DNA of 63,854 bases, filler included, from Welwitschia mirabilis (Eukaryota), in assembly GCA_051453625.1 (NCBI GenBank). It is 5 parts of one record of this genome, joined end to end, with 100 filler letters (N's around TTAATTAATTAA, not from the genome) between each part and the next. Parts side by side here need not be neighbours in the genome. Positions count along the whole stretch, not along the records: positions 15,900 to 35,218 come from JBOZIK010000001.1; positions 35,319 to 44,637 come from JBOZIK010000001.1; 3 more parts are not named here. One strand, written 5' to 3'. The notes under the pieces are model-generated. The model was not told the DNA's origin. It saw only the letters and a list, made by a program, of their open reading frames with translations, and ran no database searches. Positions 27,541-42,142 of this stretch are shown here, one piece after another. The position numbers were made by a program, and so were the translations under genes. The number at the start of each line of letters is the position of its first letter. Positions within the stretch are counted from its first letter, which is position 1.

Positions 27541-29400
27541 CTAGGAGGAGACCTCTTAAGGGAAAGAGAATTATCATGTCTAGTTTTCCCTAAGATTAGA
27601 GAAATATTTAAGTTAAATTGGTAAGTATGTAAATATTTAAAAATAAATTATGGTTACATGTTCAAAAAAAGAGGGGGATTAAAAGTGAAAATAAATGATT
27701 ACATGTCTAATTATTTTAGAAATTTATTAAAACTTATAGTTATTACTTTTAGTAAATTAATTACAAGATTAATTTAACTATGGAGTTTATTATTACTTGT
27801 GCATGATTTTATATTGCTATAGTGTAGAATTTATTTTTTTACTTGTTTTTGTAAAATTAGTTACAGTTTTATGTGTACTTCTTTTAATTGTATCATGATG
27901 ATAAAATAGAAAATATATGTGATCTTAAGTACTTATTCATATTATCTATTTCATGTAGTTAAATTAGTTAGTAGTATTATTGCTTACATCCAATGGTCAA
28001 GCTTGGAAACAATGGATTATAGGAACCTAAACTACTTATAGAAACTTAAATCTTACTCTTAGTATTTTATTATAAATACCTAAGTTTCTTAGTCATTATA
28101 GTCATAGATTCATACCTTGAAATTTTGAATGTATTGAAGCTTGGATATAGATAGCAGTACTTGAAGACTTAGCTTAGAATAGGTATGGTCTCAACATCTT
28201 CTTGTAATTAATGTATTGTCCCAACTTTATCTTGTAATACTTGCATGATTTTAGTGCTTTTTATGTCATCATGTATGTTTAGAAATGTTTTTATAGTATT
28301 AATAATTTAATTGTAAAGATTTTATTAATATCTTATAAGAATCACTTAGGAGTTTACAAATATGTACTTATGGTATATCCCTTATGTCATAGCTTCTTAT
28401 GATCTTATACAACTTATGGGATGTTACCTATCATGTTAATGATAATCTAGATTAAGCCTTGTCAACTATTTGTTATGAACCATTGTGAATAAATTATATT
28501 AACTATTAACCATGAACTTGAAATTGTTAAATAAAAGAATTAAATCTGGCTAAGGTAACCAATTGTTCAAACCTCAGAGAGTGGTACTATGTATTATGAG
28601 TCCCAAGGTATTGAGACTGAACCTCCAAAACAAAAAGGAAAAAATGTGCATAATTATTATTGCTTTTATAACTTCTAGTTGTATGCAATTAGATTACTTA
28701 AATATATTGTGGAAAAATAATAAAGAAGATAATATAATATTGATATCGAGATCTTGGTCATATCTTATATCTTTTAGTGTTTCCCCAATTGTATCTTGGT
28801 ATCTGTATTTTAGCCTATTCCTTGCTCTGGGCTATACAGGAAACTCTGATGAAATATAGTTCTTACATCATATATCCATATGAAACACCCGCTATAAAGG
28901 ATCATGTTAAAAAAAGATACTGGTTGCAGAGAGAATTTTATGTGTAGTACATATTTAAAATATTTCTTGATGTGATACTTAAGTTTATCCTTAGAAGTAG
29001 TAAAAAAGTCTATGAGTTGCTTGTAAAAATTGCATGATTATTTGTGAAAATAGTATAAATGTTTAGTTATCTCCTTTTACTTACAAAAAGTTATTTAGAG
29101 AATTTTTTTGTAAAATGCCTTACTATTTTACTAGTAGTAATGCATAATTTAAATCATAAAATATTAAGTTCAATAAATTCTAGCAAGAACATAGTTTATT
29201 TACACTTTCTAGAGAAACATTTCTAAGTTTACTATTAGCATGTATGATTAAGCGATTTGATTGTTAAAGAAAGATTCTATAGCTCAAAATCCTAGTTTAG
29301 TTTTACACTCCAATTTTCTATGTAATTAAAGTACTTTCACTAGCCAAGAAATATAATGTTATGTCCAAAATATACGGAATTACATGTGGTTAATTAAATG
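27541..29400 (+). mobile_element. PPT and 3' LTR of the Tekay-like element
   Basis: ttaagggaaagagaa (27557-27570) directly follows the integrase and precedes tatcatg (decayed TG start at ~27572). Right end not determined. Confidence 0.55.
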
Positions 29401-30814
29401 AGTTATTTCTTTGAGCCCAATTCACAAGGTGACGTACAAGTAGATGTTACTTGGATTACATGTATTATAAAACTAGATTAATCGGTTCTCAATTAATAAC
29501 AATAAGAAAAATTCCCTCTTCCTCTTGTCACAATAACTTAATCATCATTAAATGTTTTATAACTACCACCTCACATTAATTTAAGAAGCCTTAAATAAAT
29601 CCTTGGTATGATAATAAAATCTAAACTTATTATCTTCTTTTACATCACAATTCTAGTTATCCTAATGATATAGTTGTTTCCTATCCATTTTCATGATCTT
29701 TAAAAAGGAATAAAGATAGCATTATGACTACACATTAATGTAACAAACCTTATGACCTCCTCACTACCTTGTTGATGCCTCTTTTTTGTTCACTCACATG
29801 GCTCACCATTGGATTGGTTAGTTGTTTAATAAGCCAATGTAACCTAACATTTTTAACATGATTTTTTCCTAGCTACTGTATCTCCTTCTCTTTATTTTCA
29901 TGGTTCTTATAGGAAAACTATAGCTACATATCCTTGTTAGCTAACATTTTCTATCTTGGGAAATCTCTTCTCATAACAAAGCCATTAAGAACTTTCTAAC
30001 CCATTTGCTTATTGTACAACTTTCTACTCTTTCCTCTAATGTGGCATTCTTTAGGATAATACAATTGCCTAAGTGTTTTCTTTTTTCACATCCTCTAACA
30101 CATAGGTTATACCACTTCCTTAGCCACTATTAATCATTATTATGGATATTTTCCACTTTTGAGTGGTTGAATCCACTAAAAGGTCTGTGATCATTTTTAG
30201 TTTCTCATTTTAAAAGACATGTCCCTTTATTATAATTACTATAATGAATATTTAAGAAATATTACTATGGATATTATAACATTAACTTTACTACTATATT
30301 CTAACGTAAAGCGTGAGAATAAAAATGAAGCTTCTAACTGCAAAATTAGTATTCTTGTATGTATAAGTTATGAGCATGTTAGTTGACTAAATCTTGGGTA
30401 GTCTTTGGATTAAAATTTAAACATATACTATTCTAGTATACTTAAGGATATTTTTGGGATATAAAGTTCATCTATATATATTTTACCTAATTAAAGAAAT
30501 CATTATTATGTCTTAAGTAATCTTATAACCACACCTAGTTTAGCTATGAGTAATGTAGTCTTCGTATTGTTTAATCAACTAAGAAGGAATTATAGATTCT
30601 TAGCCTTTGTCAAATTTAAAAATCATATCTATTTGATGAACTTAAGGATGTAATTTAGTTCATGATCTAAAGCTACTCCAATTGGTAGGCTTCTCATAAT
30701 CATATGATTACTTGTCATGATTATAAAAATCTAAATTAAAGGAATACCATAAATATTCACATTATTACTTCCTTTTGGGTCATGCATTGAACTACAACTT
30801 ATACTATTGTAATT

Positions 30815-31379
30815 ATCATATCCCATATTTTTTAAACCTTATTTACTTGAATAATAAGTTTATAAAGATTTTAGTCAAATGAATAATTAACCTTATTTAA
30901 GCTTCTTATCAAATAATATATCAATTTTAAATTAACCTTAGTTTGTAATCTTTATAGTTTACCATGAAAATAATAAAAATTATGTCAAAAGGTTTTATGG
31001 AAAAATCTATCCAAACATGTAAAATCAAATTATTCTATTATATGAGGAATTAAAATCATATTATAAAACTAATAAATTAAAAATGTGAAGAGGACCTAAT
31101 AATATATTCTACCTCTTATTTACTCATTTAGATTCTTCATAAATGTGATATGGGTATTATATTATGGATAAATAATTTCTTCCTTGTATTATATGATTGA
31201 TAGATTTTATGCATTTTGAAATAAATGAGCATTTAAATAAGTACATGACCTCTTACTTAGAACCAAGAATGAAAAATGTGTAGATTTACTCTATCATGGC
31301 TCTTATGTTCTTGAGATGTGTAAGGGCACTTTGTTCATAGCATACTCATTACTTTATTCATTGGAATTGAAGAGTTTAT
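30815..31379. repeat. Dispersed ~570-bp repeat, copy 1
   Basis: Collinear with 44019-44577; shared blocks include aaaccttatttactt, tataaagattttagtcaaatgaataatta and ttcatagcatactcatt. Confidence 0.9.
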
Positions 31380-31706
31380 NNNNNNNNNNNNNNNNNNNNN
31401 NNNNNNNNNNNNNNNNNNNNNNNNNNNNNNNNNNNNNNNNNNNNNNNNNNNNNNNNNNNNNNNNNNNNNNNNNNNNNNNNNNNNNNNNNNNNNNNNNNNN
31501 NNNNNNNNNNNNNNNNNNNNNNNNNNNNNNNNNNNNNNNNNNNNNNNNNNNNNNNNNNNNNNNNNNNNNNNNNNNNNNNNNNNNNNNNNNNNNNNNNNNN
31601 NNNNNNNNNNNNNNNNNNNNNNNNNNNNNNNNNNNNNNNNNNNNNNNNNNNNNNNNNNNNNNNNNNNNNNNNNNNNNNNNNNNNNNNNNNNNNNNNNNNN
31701 NNNNNN

Positions 31707-31755
<49 letters not shown>
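31707..31755. repeat. (CT)n microsatellite
   Basis: Direct reading; abuts a gap. Confidence 0.95.
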
Positions 31756-31758
<3 letters not shown>

Positions 31759-32058
31759 TTCTATTGCTTGTAGAAGATGAAGCTTGAAAGTTTGAAGCTA
31801 AGAACCTCTTAAGCTTGGATCTTCATCATCTTTAACTATCAAAGTATTATTAATCTTTCCAAGTAAGCTCCTTACTCTTACTATTTATATGATCTTCTTC
31901 TATTAGAATGTTGTAATATTTTATTATGGAATTATTCATGGCTTTTATACAAATATGTTATAAAATATTATCCCCTTGCATAGGCATCCACCAAGATGTT
32001 ATAATGAGATATGAGGAGGTCTCTTATGCTTGGTGATGGTGGATGACTAATGGATGAT

Positions 32059-35000
32059 TGTTATGATGTGTATTTTTGTAATCCTTTTTACTTTGATAAA
32101 TCATAATAATCACAACAGATATATATTATAAAATACACACTCTAGTATNNNNNNNNNNNNNNNNNNNNNNNNNNNNNNNNNNNNNNNNNNNNNNNNNNNN
32201 NNNNNNNNNNNNNNNNNNNNNNNNNNNNNNNNNNNNNNNNNNNNNNNNTTGTAATCCTTTTTTCTTTGATAAATCATAATAATCACAACAGATATATATT
32301 ATAAAATACACACTCTAGTATGAATGGGAGTGATTCAAATGTTGTAACCCACTAAAGACTTATGAGAGAAGAATGCGAATTGATTTCCAGAGAAATATCT
32401 TATTCTAAATTTAAGAATAATCCAAGAAAATAAATTTATAAGAGAACGCAAATGTAATCTAACCTAAATAAACCCCTCTTTGAGTAGTGAATTAATGTCT
32501 CAAGAAGATTGGCCCTGTATATCATAGANNNNNNNNNNNNNNNNNNNNNNNNNNNNNNNNNNNNNNNNNNNNNNNNNNNNNNNNNNNNNNNNNNNNNNNN
32601 NNNNNNNNNNNNNNNNNNNNNNNNNNNNNNNNNNNNNNNNNNNNNNNNNNNNNNNNNNNNNNNNNNNNNNNNNNNNNNNNNNNNNNNNNNNNNNNNNNNN
32701 NNNNNNNNNNNNNNNNNNNNNNNNNNNNNNNNNNNNNNNNNNNNNNNNNNNNNNNNNNNNNNNNNNNNNNNNNNNNNNNNNNNNNNNNNNNNNNNNNNNN
32801 NNNNNNNNNNNNNNNNNNNNNNNNNNNNNNNNNNNNNNNNNNNNNNNNNNNNNNNNNNNNNNNNNNNNNNNNNNNNNNNNNNNNNNNNNNNNNNNNNNNN
32901 NNNNNNNNNNNNNNNNNNNNNNNNNNNNNNNNNNNNNNNNNNNNNNNNCTGTTACTCAACATGCACTACAAAACATACTAAATTCCAAGAAAGAAATAAA
33001 TGAAATGGACAAAGGTCAGATGATTGTTATGAGTGTTATCCTATCTGTTATGAAGATAACTAAGGGGATATTGGCTCAAAAATTACATTCATCATCCTAC
33101 ATGTCATGAGGATGAACATGGGGATGCCACCTCTTTAGAAAGGATGAGTCAGCAGTACCAACTCTAGTCCATGTTAGCATTTCCATATGGAATCTATAGT
33201 GCGATCATCCTATCTATTATGGGGACAATGGAGGGTATGACCATTCTATTTATCTTTTTAACTTAAAATAAGTATTTTTTTACATTAATGATGTTCCTCT
33301 AAATCCATATGTATTAGAATATGCCTAAAATGCCTATGAATATGCCAATAATTGCACTTTTTTGTGATAGTCTATCAATTCTTCATAGTCCTTAAAATTG
33401 TATATAAACCTGTATAAATGCCCCACAAAATAGCTCATAACACTACATCAAATATATACAAGTTTGTACTACATTATAGCCTTGCACTTAGCTTTTGTCA
33501 GTCTCTGATAAAAACTAGGAAAACAACTATAATTGTGAGTTAAATTACTTTAAACAAAATCAATTAAGAAATTATAAAATAGGCTTACAAATAATCTTAA
33601 ACACATCACATAAAAATAGCATGCAACACATCATATTTATGAAGTGAAAATTGCAAAAATCATGTCTTATGAAAGCTTTGAAATAACTCAAAAATTTATA
33701 AAAATGAGACATAAAAAAGAATCCTGCCTAACCCTCCTTCCCTTGAGAAAAATAATACATCTCATATTGGTTAGTGAAGCAAATAAATCAGACGAAAATG
33801 AGAAGTGGATGTTGGGTGTTATTAAATTTTGACAACTAAGAAATTAAGTGTAAAGCTGAGTGGAGAAATGTTAGATTTCAAAAAGAAAGATGTCAGAAAT
33901 ATTCTGATAAACATGAAAAATGTAAACAATGAAAATGCAATGAAGTGGATCCATGAGTACTCAACAAATGTGCCTTCATAAAAATTATTATGAACATTCT
34001 TTAAAACTACAAAAAGACTGAAAATGAATAACACAAAATTTACAAAGAAACTTATCTAATCAATAAATCATCTCTTTATTGAAAACTAGATAAGAAAATC
34101 ATTAAATGTTAAGATTTTAACATCTTAAAAAAATAAGGGAATGACTTTGAAATAACTAACTGAACAACAAAAGAAAACAAAAATAATGGACATAAGGAAA
34201 CATAGAGAAGATAGCCTACCTACCCTAAATTTTAGTCTAGCAAATGCCTGTGAAAGAAATCATAACATCACTTAATTAAAATTGCATGAATAAATGTATA
34301 ATTTTATAACTTTCCATTCTATAAGGTATTTTTTATGATGATGATAAAAATCAAATGCTTTAAACAATAAATGATAAGATCAAAAAGTTGTTAAAAAATG
34401 AACTCATTTGTTTACATCTCAAAACAAACACCTAAGTCCTTATTAATGAAATGATCATATACAAAGGCTAATAGTCTAGGAAATAAGAAATGCCTTCAAT
34501 AATATCAAGAACATCACTAATATCATAGCCTCAAAGTTTTTATTATTATTTTATTATCTATGATGAAGAGAGTGTAACCATAGTTAGAGAACCAAGAACC
34601 TATGAAGCATGGCCAACTAACCTCCTAGTGAAGTTCTTATAGCTACCATACTACACCTTCAAAGGATCCTCTTGGGAAAAGTTACCCCAGTGTACTTATG
34701 ATAGGACATGGTAACCATGTTTTTGAAATCTCTTACATATAAGACATCATGATCTTATTTCACTTTTTTTGTTTTTTCACAATAAAAAAAACATTCCACA
34801 TGATCAAACGAAGCAATAAGATAAGAGACAGAAAAAACAAAAAAAAAACACTCTTAAACAACCTAAGACCTTTGCATCATTGAGGAAAACATTATAAATA
34901 AAGCATCTTCCTTTAAAACAAAGTTTATAAATGTGTAAATGTCTTAATATTTAATGAATCCAATTTTATGACTATAAAATATCCAAGTACAAAGACTACT

Positions 35001-38000
35001 CATAAAAATAAAATAAATACATAAGTCATGTTTGAAAGATGATCAAGTAATGTCATAATGGCATTAAAAGAAAAAGTTAAAAGAAAATTTAGACAATGCT
35101 AAAAAAGAAATCCTTCTCATCAAGGGAAACCTCTAAGGTTAGTGCTTCTATCATGTTTATATTAGAAGGTTGCTCCTATATTTTTAACCTTTGTCCATTA
35201 AATTCTAAATTTATTAAGNNNNNNNNNNNNNNNNNNNNNNNNNNNNNNNNNNNNNNNNNNNNTTAATTAATTAANNNNNNNNNNNNNNNNNNNNNNNNNN
35301 NNNNNNNNNNNNNNNNNNGAATCTTTTTATCATTCAACTCAAGATATAGATTTTCAATAAGAAAATGAGACTTTTTCATTTAGCATGACTAATAAAATTT
35401 TGTCTTCATAAGATTTAGCAACAATATAACAGATAAAAAATTCATATAACTCATGGATAAATAATCTCTTATAAAACTCATGATATAAAGGATTTGAAAC
35501 ATAAATTACATGCAAAGCTTGATATTGAACATAGAAGGGTATTATTTAGGATTCAAGGATTTGTAATAAATATCTTAGGGTGAGTGATTAATAAAAATAC
35601 CTAAGAAGCTCCTTAGCATTTAATTCTTAGCATGAATTTGGATCAAGAAGATAAGATTTGCCCCAATTTAGAGTTCCAAGATATTTCAAGTCTTATTTTT
35701 AAAAAGGTTAATCATTGAAAGGATAGGGTAGAGTTGAGTTTGTAAAATAGAAAAATATGTTACTATTTGTAGCACATAAAATTTTAAAAGAAAAAGATTG
35801 AGAGATTTTTAAAGTAGACTCCTCAAGGTGATTAATTTCAAGGATAGGGATGTGAATTGAAGAATTACTTGAATGTTCAAAAGGGATTAAGGGAAAAATT
35901 TTATCATTATTAAGATCACAAGTTAATGCCAAAATAGAAGTAGAGGAGTAATGTCATTTTAGGTTTTTTATGAAAGAACAAGTGAAAGAGATGGAGAAAC
36001 ATGTAGAGACCCTTTAAGTTGGTATTTTTCATTGAAAGATATAAGTATATTCTCCATTAAGTTTATTTTATTTTCTAGTGATTCTTATCTATTCCTTTCC
36101 TTCTCATTGTTGACTTCATCATTACTTAATTGAATGCTATCTTTACTTTCTTCATTATGTTCTTTAATTATAATTCCCTCTTTTTCATAATCTTATAGAT
36201 ATCATTGCTTATATTTTGCTCTTNNNNNNNNNNNNNNNNNNNNNNNNNNNNNNNNNNAATGATTATTGTTTTGTTGATGATTATTTTTCCTTTCTAAATT
36301 GGTGGATTCCTGAAAAAGATCATTAAAAAGATTATAAAAATAAAATTTATCATTGTCTTCATCATGTGATGGAATATTTTCTAATATTTACTAAGTTTCC
36401 TCTTCTTCCTTTCTATTGAATAATTTTATTAATTCTAAACTATAATCCTCATTTTTAGTTATTGAATTACTCTTACTAAGTTGACTCTTCTTCACTGANN
36501 NNNNNNNNTCTAATATTTCAATTTTATCATCATCTTCTTCTTCATCATTCTTGTCATCTTATTACATGTTATTATTTTTTAATTCATTAGAAGGAGAACT
36601 GCGATAATTATGTCTATCATAGATTAATAAATTTTTAGAGTTTTCATAAGTGGATTATTCATTTGGGTTGTCTAGCAGTAAATGGATGCTCAAGATATAG
36701 TCTAATACCTCAATATCATCATCTAATAAATAGTCATCCTCATCCTTATTGTTGAAAGGTTGAGTTGAGTTATCATTTCTCCCCTTCACTCATCTCCTAA
36801 TGAGTAGGATATTGAAGTTTGATTTAAAATTTCATCTTCTATTTGAAAGAAAGAATTATTATCATTTANNNNNNNNNNNNNNNNNNNNNNNNNNNNNNNN
36901 NNNNNNNNNNNNNNNNNNNNNNNNNNNNNNNNNNNNNNNNNNNNNNNNNNNNNNNNNNNNNNNNNNNNTTTGAAAGAAAGAATTATTATCATTTATTTCT
37001 AAGTTATCCTCATTTTCATCAAGATAGGATGAAGTAGAATAGGTTTGAGAATGTTGTATAATAAGAGAATCTTGATTTTGTAATAGTATTTGTTGTAACA
37101 TTTTAATCAAAGTTTCTAGTTTGTTATTGGAATTTTCTAGGATTTTAATGGAATTTTCTAGTTTTTCATTTATTTCATTAATCATTCCTTTAATTGAATC
37201 ATTTTCTTCCTCATAGTAGTTAATGAAAGATGGTTTTTATTCATAGTAATTAATAGGAGATGAATGGGATTGATAAAAATGATTGTGAGAAGTTTGTCTA
37301 AATTAGGCAAAATTCCTAAAATGTGAAAAATTTTCATTGTTATTTCTATATAAAGTTTGAAAATAAGAGGGGAAATAATAAGAAGATTAAAAAGAGGAAT
37401 GAGTCTAATTTCTACTCTTAACATCATTTTGTATTGTTCTCCCTTGATCTGCAAAAAATTCTCAGAGAGTTTTCTTACTATTNNNNNNNNAATTTTTTAA
37501 GTTTCTTCTTCTTTTTGCAAAAATCTCTAAAAGTCTTTGATTACTATTATCCTCAGAATTTTTCAAGTTTCTCCTCCTTTTCACAGGAATCTCCTCAAGG
37601 GTCCATGTATCACTATTTATTGCAACAATTAAGAATGATAATAATGAAACAAAAAAATCAAATTCAAAATGAGAATAACTATAGAGTAAAGATTGAGTTC
37701 TACTTTCTTTAATATTTCATCTTTTTATTAAAAATTGTTTGGATCCTTAATACTTAGAAAACAAATGTATAATGGCTATCATTTTCTAAATTATATTCTA
37801 AAAACGTTTCTTTCATAGAATTAAATTTAGAAAAAAAATGGACTTTGAAGGGGTATTGTACACACCTAGAGATTGAGTACCTAATTTTATCTCAAAGCCA
37901 ACTAGTCCTTCTCTGATGTTTCCTCTATTAGTAACCCTTTTATCTTATACTTATTTTTTGGATTAACCATGCCACATCATCCTATAGATAAAAAACAATA

Positions 38001-39779
38001 GAACATGAAATAAAAACAACTAATATTCATCCTTTTAATCATAGGGATAACTGAAAGGATGACGAACACAGAGAGTAAAAATAGAGAACAAAAATTTAGT
38101 ATAAATCCAAAAGCTAAAAATAGACCATTATTCTTATGGTTGTGTGGACGATACATGGGATGATGAAAAACTAATTATTACAAACTAACAATTATTGTAA
38201 TCTAAAAACAAAAAGTCAAGAATAAAAATAGACAGATCGTCTACCTTGTCATGGGAATGATAAAGGATACAACAATTATTTAATTATTAAAATAAAAATT
38301 AAAATAAAGATTTATAGAGATAGAAAATAAATGGAGAAACTATCATTTACAGTGTCATAGAGATGATAGATAGGATTATAGACTATTATTCTAGACTAAA
38401 AAAATAGAAAACTAAAAACTATAAATATATAAATCCTAATTATAAAATACAATATTACTATAGATAAATAATCAAACAAAAATCCAATTTACTCACTTGA
38501 ATTATGAAAATGCTCCTACTCCTTAGTAGCCTTCCCTAGTAATGGTGCTAAGATGTTGCAATGTGTATTTTTATAATCTTTTTTATCTTGATAAATCCTA
38601 ATAATCATAGTAGATATATATTGCAAAATACACACTATAGTATGAATGGAAGTGACCCAAATGTTATAACCTATCAAAGACTTATGAGAGAAGAATGAGA
38701 ATTGATTATCATAGACTTAAGAATAATGTAGAAAAATAAATGTACAAGGTAATGAAAATGCAATCTAACCTAAATGATCACCTATCTGAGTATCGAACAA
38801 TGTGTCAAGAAGATTGACCTTGTATAACCTAGATCAACTAAGGATATTATTACTAACTAAGATTAACTTAAGCTATCAGGTAAGTCTAATAAATTGTAAT
38901 GAAAAATCAATATAAAATTGCTTTCTTCAATCTTAACTAAGGCTACTCTTAAGACCTATCATCAATGAAACTACAACTAGATCAAGGAAAACATAAACCA
39001 TAAGGGTAATATAACAAAACTAAATGCACAAATGAAATAGAGTCTTATATTAAATTCAAACCAGCATCTGGGTTACAAAATAGCCAAGCCTCAATGAAGG
39101 ATGCACAACTCTTCACCTAGGGAACATCTTTCTACAACTCATAAGATGGATCTCTTGCGTTTCAATCTACTATCACGAGAATGTCTGGTGCATCGAATAT
39201 GGATAAGAAAGTCAAAGGAGGGATTTATTTGTACAACTCAGAAGGCAAAACCACCACTTAATATGGACTATAAAACCTACTTAATTCTAAGAAAGAAACA
39301 TATGAAATAGGCAAAGATCACCTAATGGTTATGAATGTCATCTTACTTATCACGGAGACAACCAAGAGGATGATGATTCAAATGTTAAATTCATTGTCCT
39401 GTATGTTATGGGGATGACCATGCAAATGATACCCTTTTAGAAAGAATGACTTAGTAGTACCAGCTCCATTTTACATTATCATTCTCATGTGACATCTACA
39501 GTGCTATCATCCTACATGTCGTGGGGACGAAAAAGAAGACAATAGTTCTTTTTGTCTTTTTAACTTAAGAGAATCATTTCTTTTACCCTAGTGATCTTCC
39601 TCCAAATCCATGTGTATTAGAATGTGTCTAAAATGCCTTTGAATATGCCAAGAATTATACATTTTTGTGATCATCTATCAATTCTCCATAATCCTTAACA
39701 TGACATCTAAATCTATATAAATGTTATGTAAAATAGCTCATAACACCTCATCAGATACATACAAATTGACAGCACATCA
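32059..39779 (-). mobile_element. Complete non-autonomous Athila-like LTR element (family A, LARD-type) with TSD ATGAT
   Basis: LTRs at 32059-33476 and 38554-39779 with TG...CA outer ends. Flanks 32054-32058 and 39780-39784 are both ATGAT. PBS tagcaccattactagggaa at ~38532-38550 and an Athila-type PPT junction at 33477-33510. No pol motifs seen. Contains gaps, including a scaffold linker. Confidence 0.85.
35708..37620 (-). pseudogene. Decayed N/E/S/Y-rich internal ORF of family A
   Basis: ORF fragments 36862-37185 and 35708-35932; homologous to fragments 45364-46128 and 16161-16580. Confidence 0.55.
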
Positions 39780-39784
39780 ATGAT

Positions 39785-42142
39785 TATGGCTAAGTGACCA
39801 AGGAATTCACTATCTTAAAAAAAAAAAAAGGAAATTTGGCTATCCATGTTTATTTTAGTATAATATTTATTTTTATCTATTATGCATTAGGACCATCTTA
39901 TTAGAGGTAAAGTCTAATTATCAAAATTCTCTTTAGGCTAGTACTCTTTCATGAAAAATCTCAAGGCTCATAGTAATAGTTTTTTTTGAGTTGATTTGAT
40001 TTTCATTTCTATAATGATTTTGTTTATTTCTATAATCAATTATCTTTTTTTAACTAATTACATAGTATATTTATTATTTTTCTGAACTAAGTCATTACTT
40101 AAGTAGTTATAAAAACTTTATCATATTTTTGATATAGTAAAAATTAAATTTTCAGAATAGAGGCATAAGATAAAAACACCATATATCATTAATTGGTAGG
40201 TATAAATTAGTGATTTTTTAAGTCTAGGATTATGTTAAAAACATAAAAATGTAAAAATAGTAATTTTTCTGATGAGTAACTATTTTAAAAAATGTTTTTT
40301 ATTAAAATACCTTAAAAATAAATGCAAAAAATAGTAAGCAAGTAATTTATGTTTCTATACTTATTTATCAACACATTTGCAAAGCTGAGCATCTAATTTG
40401 TAGGAAATTCGATAAGCATTTCAAAACATCTTTAATCATTTAAAAATTCAAAGTATTTTAGAAGTTATGATTATTTTAGTATAGGGTGGTATAACTGTAA
40501 TTTTAGAAAGTTTGATAGTCTTTAGCCTTAAATGATAATGTTAGAAATAATAATACTTTTATAATCCCAAGATAGTTTAAGTTAAGTTCTAAGGAACCTA
40601 TTATATGTATAGTTTCTAAAAAACTACTATAATTTCAATTTTGCTTTATAATTTAATTTTTCACTATGATGTCTCCCTAAAGCCCAAAAATATTATAACT
40701 AATTTTTAAAATTATAAAAAAATTATCAATAAAACTTTATACAGAAATTAATTATATAAAATATGTTTCTATTAGTAGATTTAAATTAAATTATCTATAA
40801 GTAGTATTTAATTAAATAAATAACTCCTTTACTCTTTTTCCTTAGCTTACTTTGAATGTGCATACTTATAATAATTTTTACCTTAGTAGTTAAGTGACAT
40901 AAATATTCTCTAGCTTATTGCTTATTTTTATTGACTTATAATATAGTCATATTAAATCTTAGTTAAGTACTTATATCTTAACAATTATGCTTGAGTAATA
41001 TTTTCTTTTATTTATCTTTTTCACTAATCCATGGAGATTGTCATATAAGCATGGAAGAGTGTAGAATTTACATAGTTTTAGGTATGTTTTAGTTTCTTTA
41101 AGTATATTATTTTATATTTTTAAATTATTATTAAATGAAAAATAAAAGAATATTTCCTTTATTTAAATTACAGAAAGAAAAGGACATTTCATTTATCTAG
41201 ATTTTTATTATTATAATCTTCGAAAAAAGAAATATTCTCGTATGTGTTGTTTTTTATGGTTTTTTTAATAAAATAAATTAAATNNNNNNNNNNTAAATGA
41301 TGATTATAATTATGATAACTAGTTAAATAATTTAAATATCTACATTAATTAGAATTATTTACATGCATTTGTATTGTATATTCATCGAATAAGTCTAAAT
41401 TAAGATAATTCTAATAATGTTCATCCCCACACTTAGGTTTCATCATTAAGGTGGGTGCATTACATTTTTTTTAATAATACCCTTTTGGAAGTGGAGTTGA
41501 TCACCACTCTCATACCCTACCCTTGACATCAATGAATTATGTTACACCATTTGGAGATGATTCAAAAAAGTGATGGTTATTTGTATGTATGCATCCATCC
41601 CTTGTATCGTCTATCACCTATATGGGGGTATATCGAGGTGAAGTGAAACTCTATAGAATTGAGCTTAGCCTTGTTTGTATAATTTAAAACTTGAAGTAGA
41701 ACTAATTCACAGCCAGAGGGTGATTGGATATCAAGTTAGAATGTGATTAATTGAAGTTATAACCTTTTATTTTATTAGTTAATTTTATCTGTAATATTTA
41801 TCCATGTATGTTGACAACAAGTTTACATCTCCTTAACGATTCACAAAATATTTTTATGTGATGGAAAACTAGGAATATATAGAGGGCATAAAATTATAAC
41901 ATCATTATTATTTATAAACCAAAATAACTTAAAATTTAATTACAGGTAAATATATTATATTAATATGATTTGTCTTTCTTAGAATATAGAAATTCTAATT
42001 TAGGAGTAAGTAGAATTTGGTCCTATATTCTATTATATTTATCAAGTAAAAATATTAAAGAAGAAAGAAATTTAAAAAAATAAAATAGTGCTTAATTAAG
42101 ATAAGATAAAAGAGGATGTCATAGATTAGTATCAAAGATCTA
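39785..42142 (+). mobile_element. Tekay-like 5' LTR (likely continuing from 31707-32058) with tRNA-Met PBS
   Basis: Ends ggatgtcata (42123), then gattagtatcaaagatctaggtt (cf. TGGTATCAGAGC-TAGGTT). A gag remnant lies downstream on the same strand. Confidence 0.55.

Noticed and set aside
29850-30200. Possible further gag remnant on the minus strand
   Set aside because: Only vague motif similarity by eye; not enough to call.
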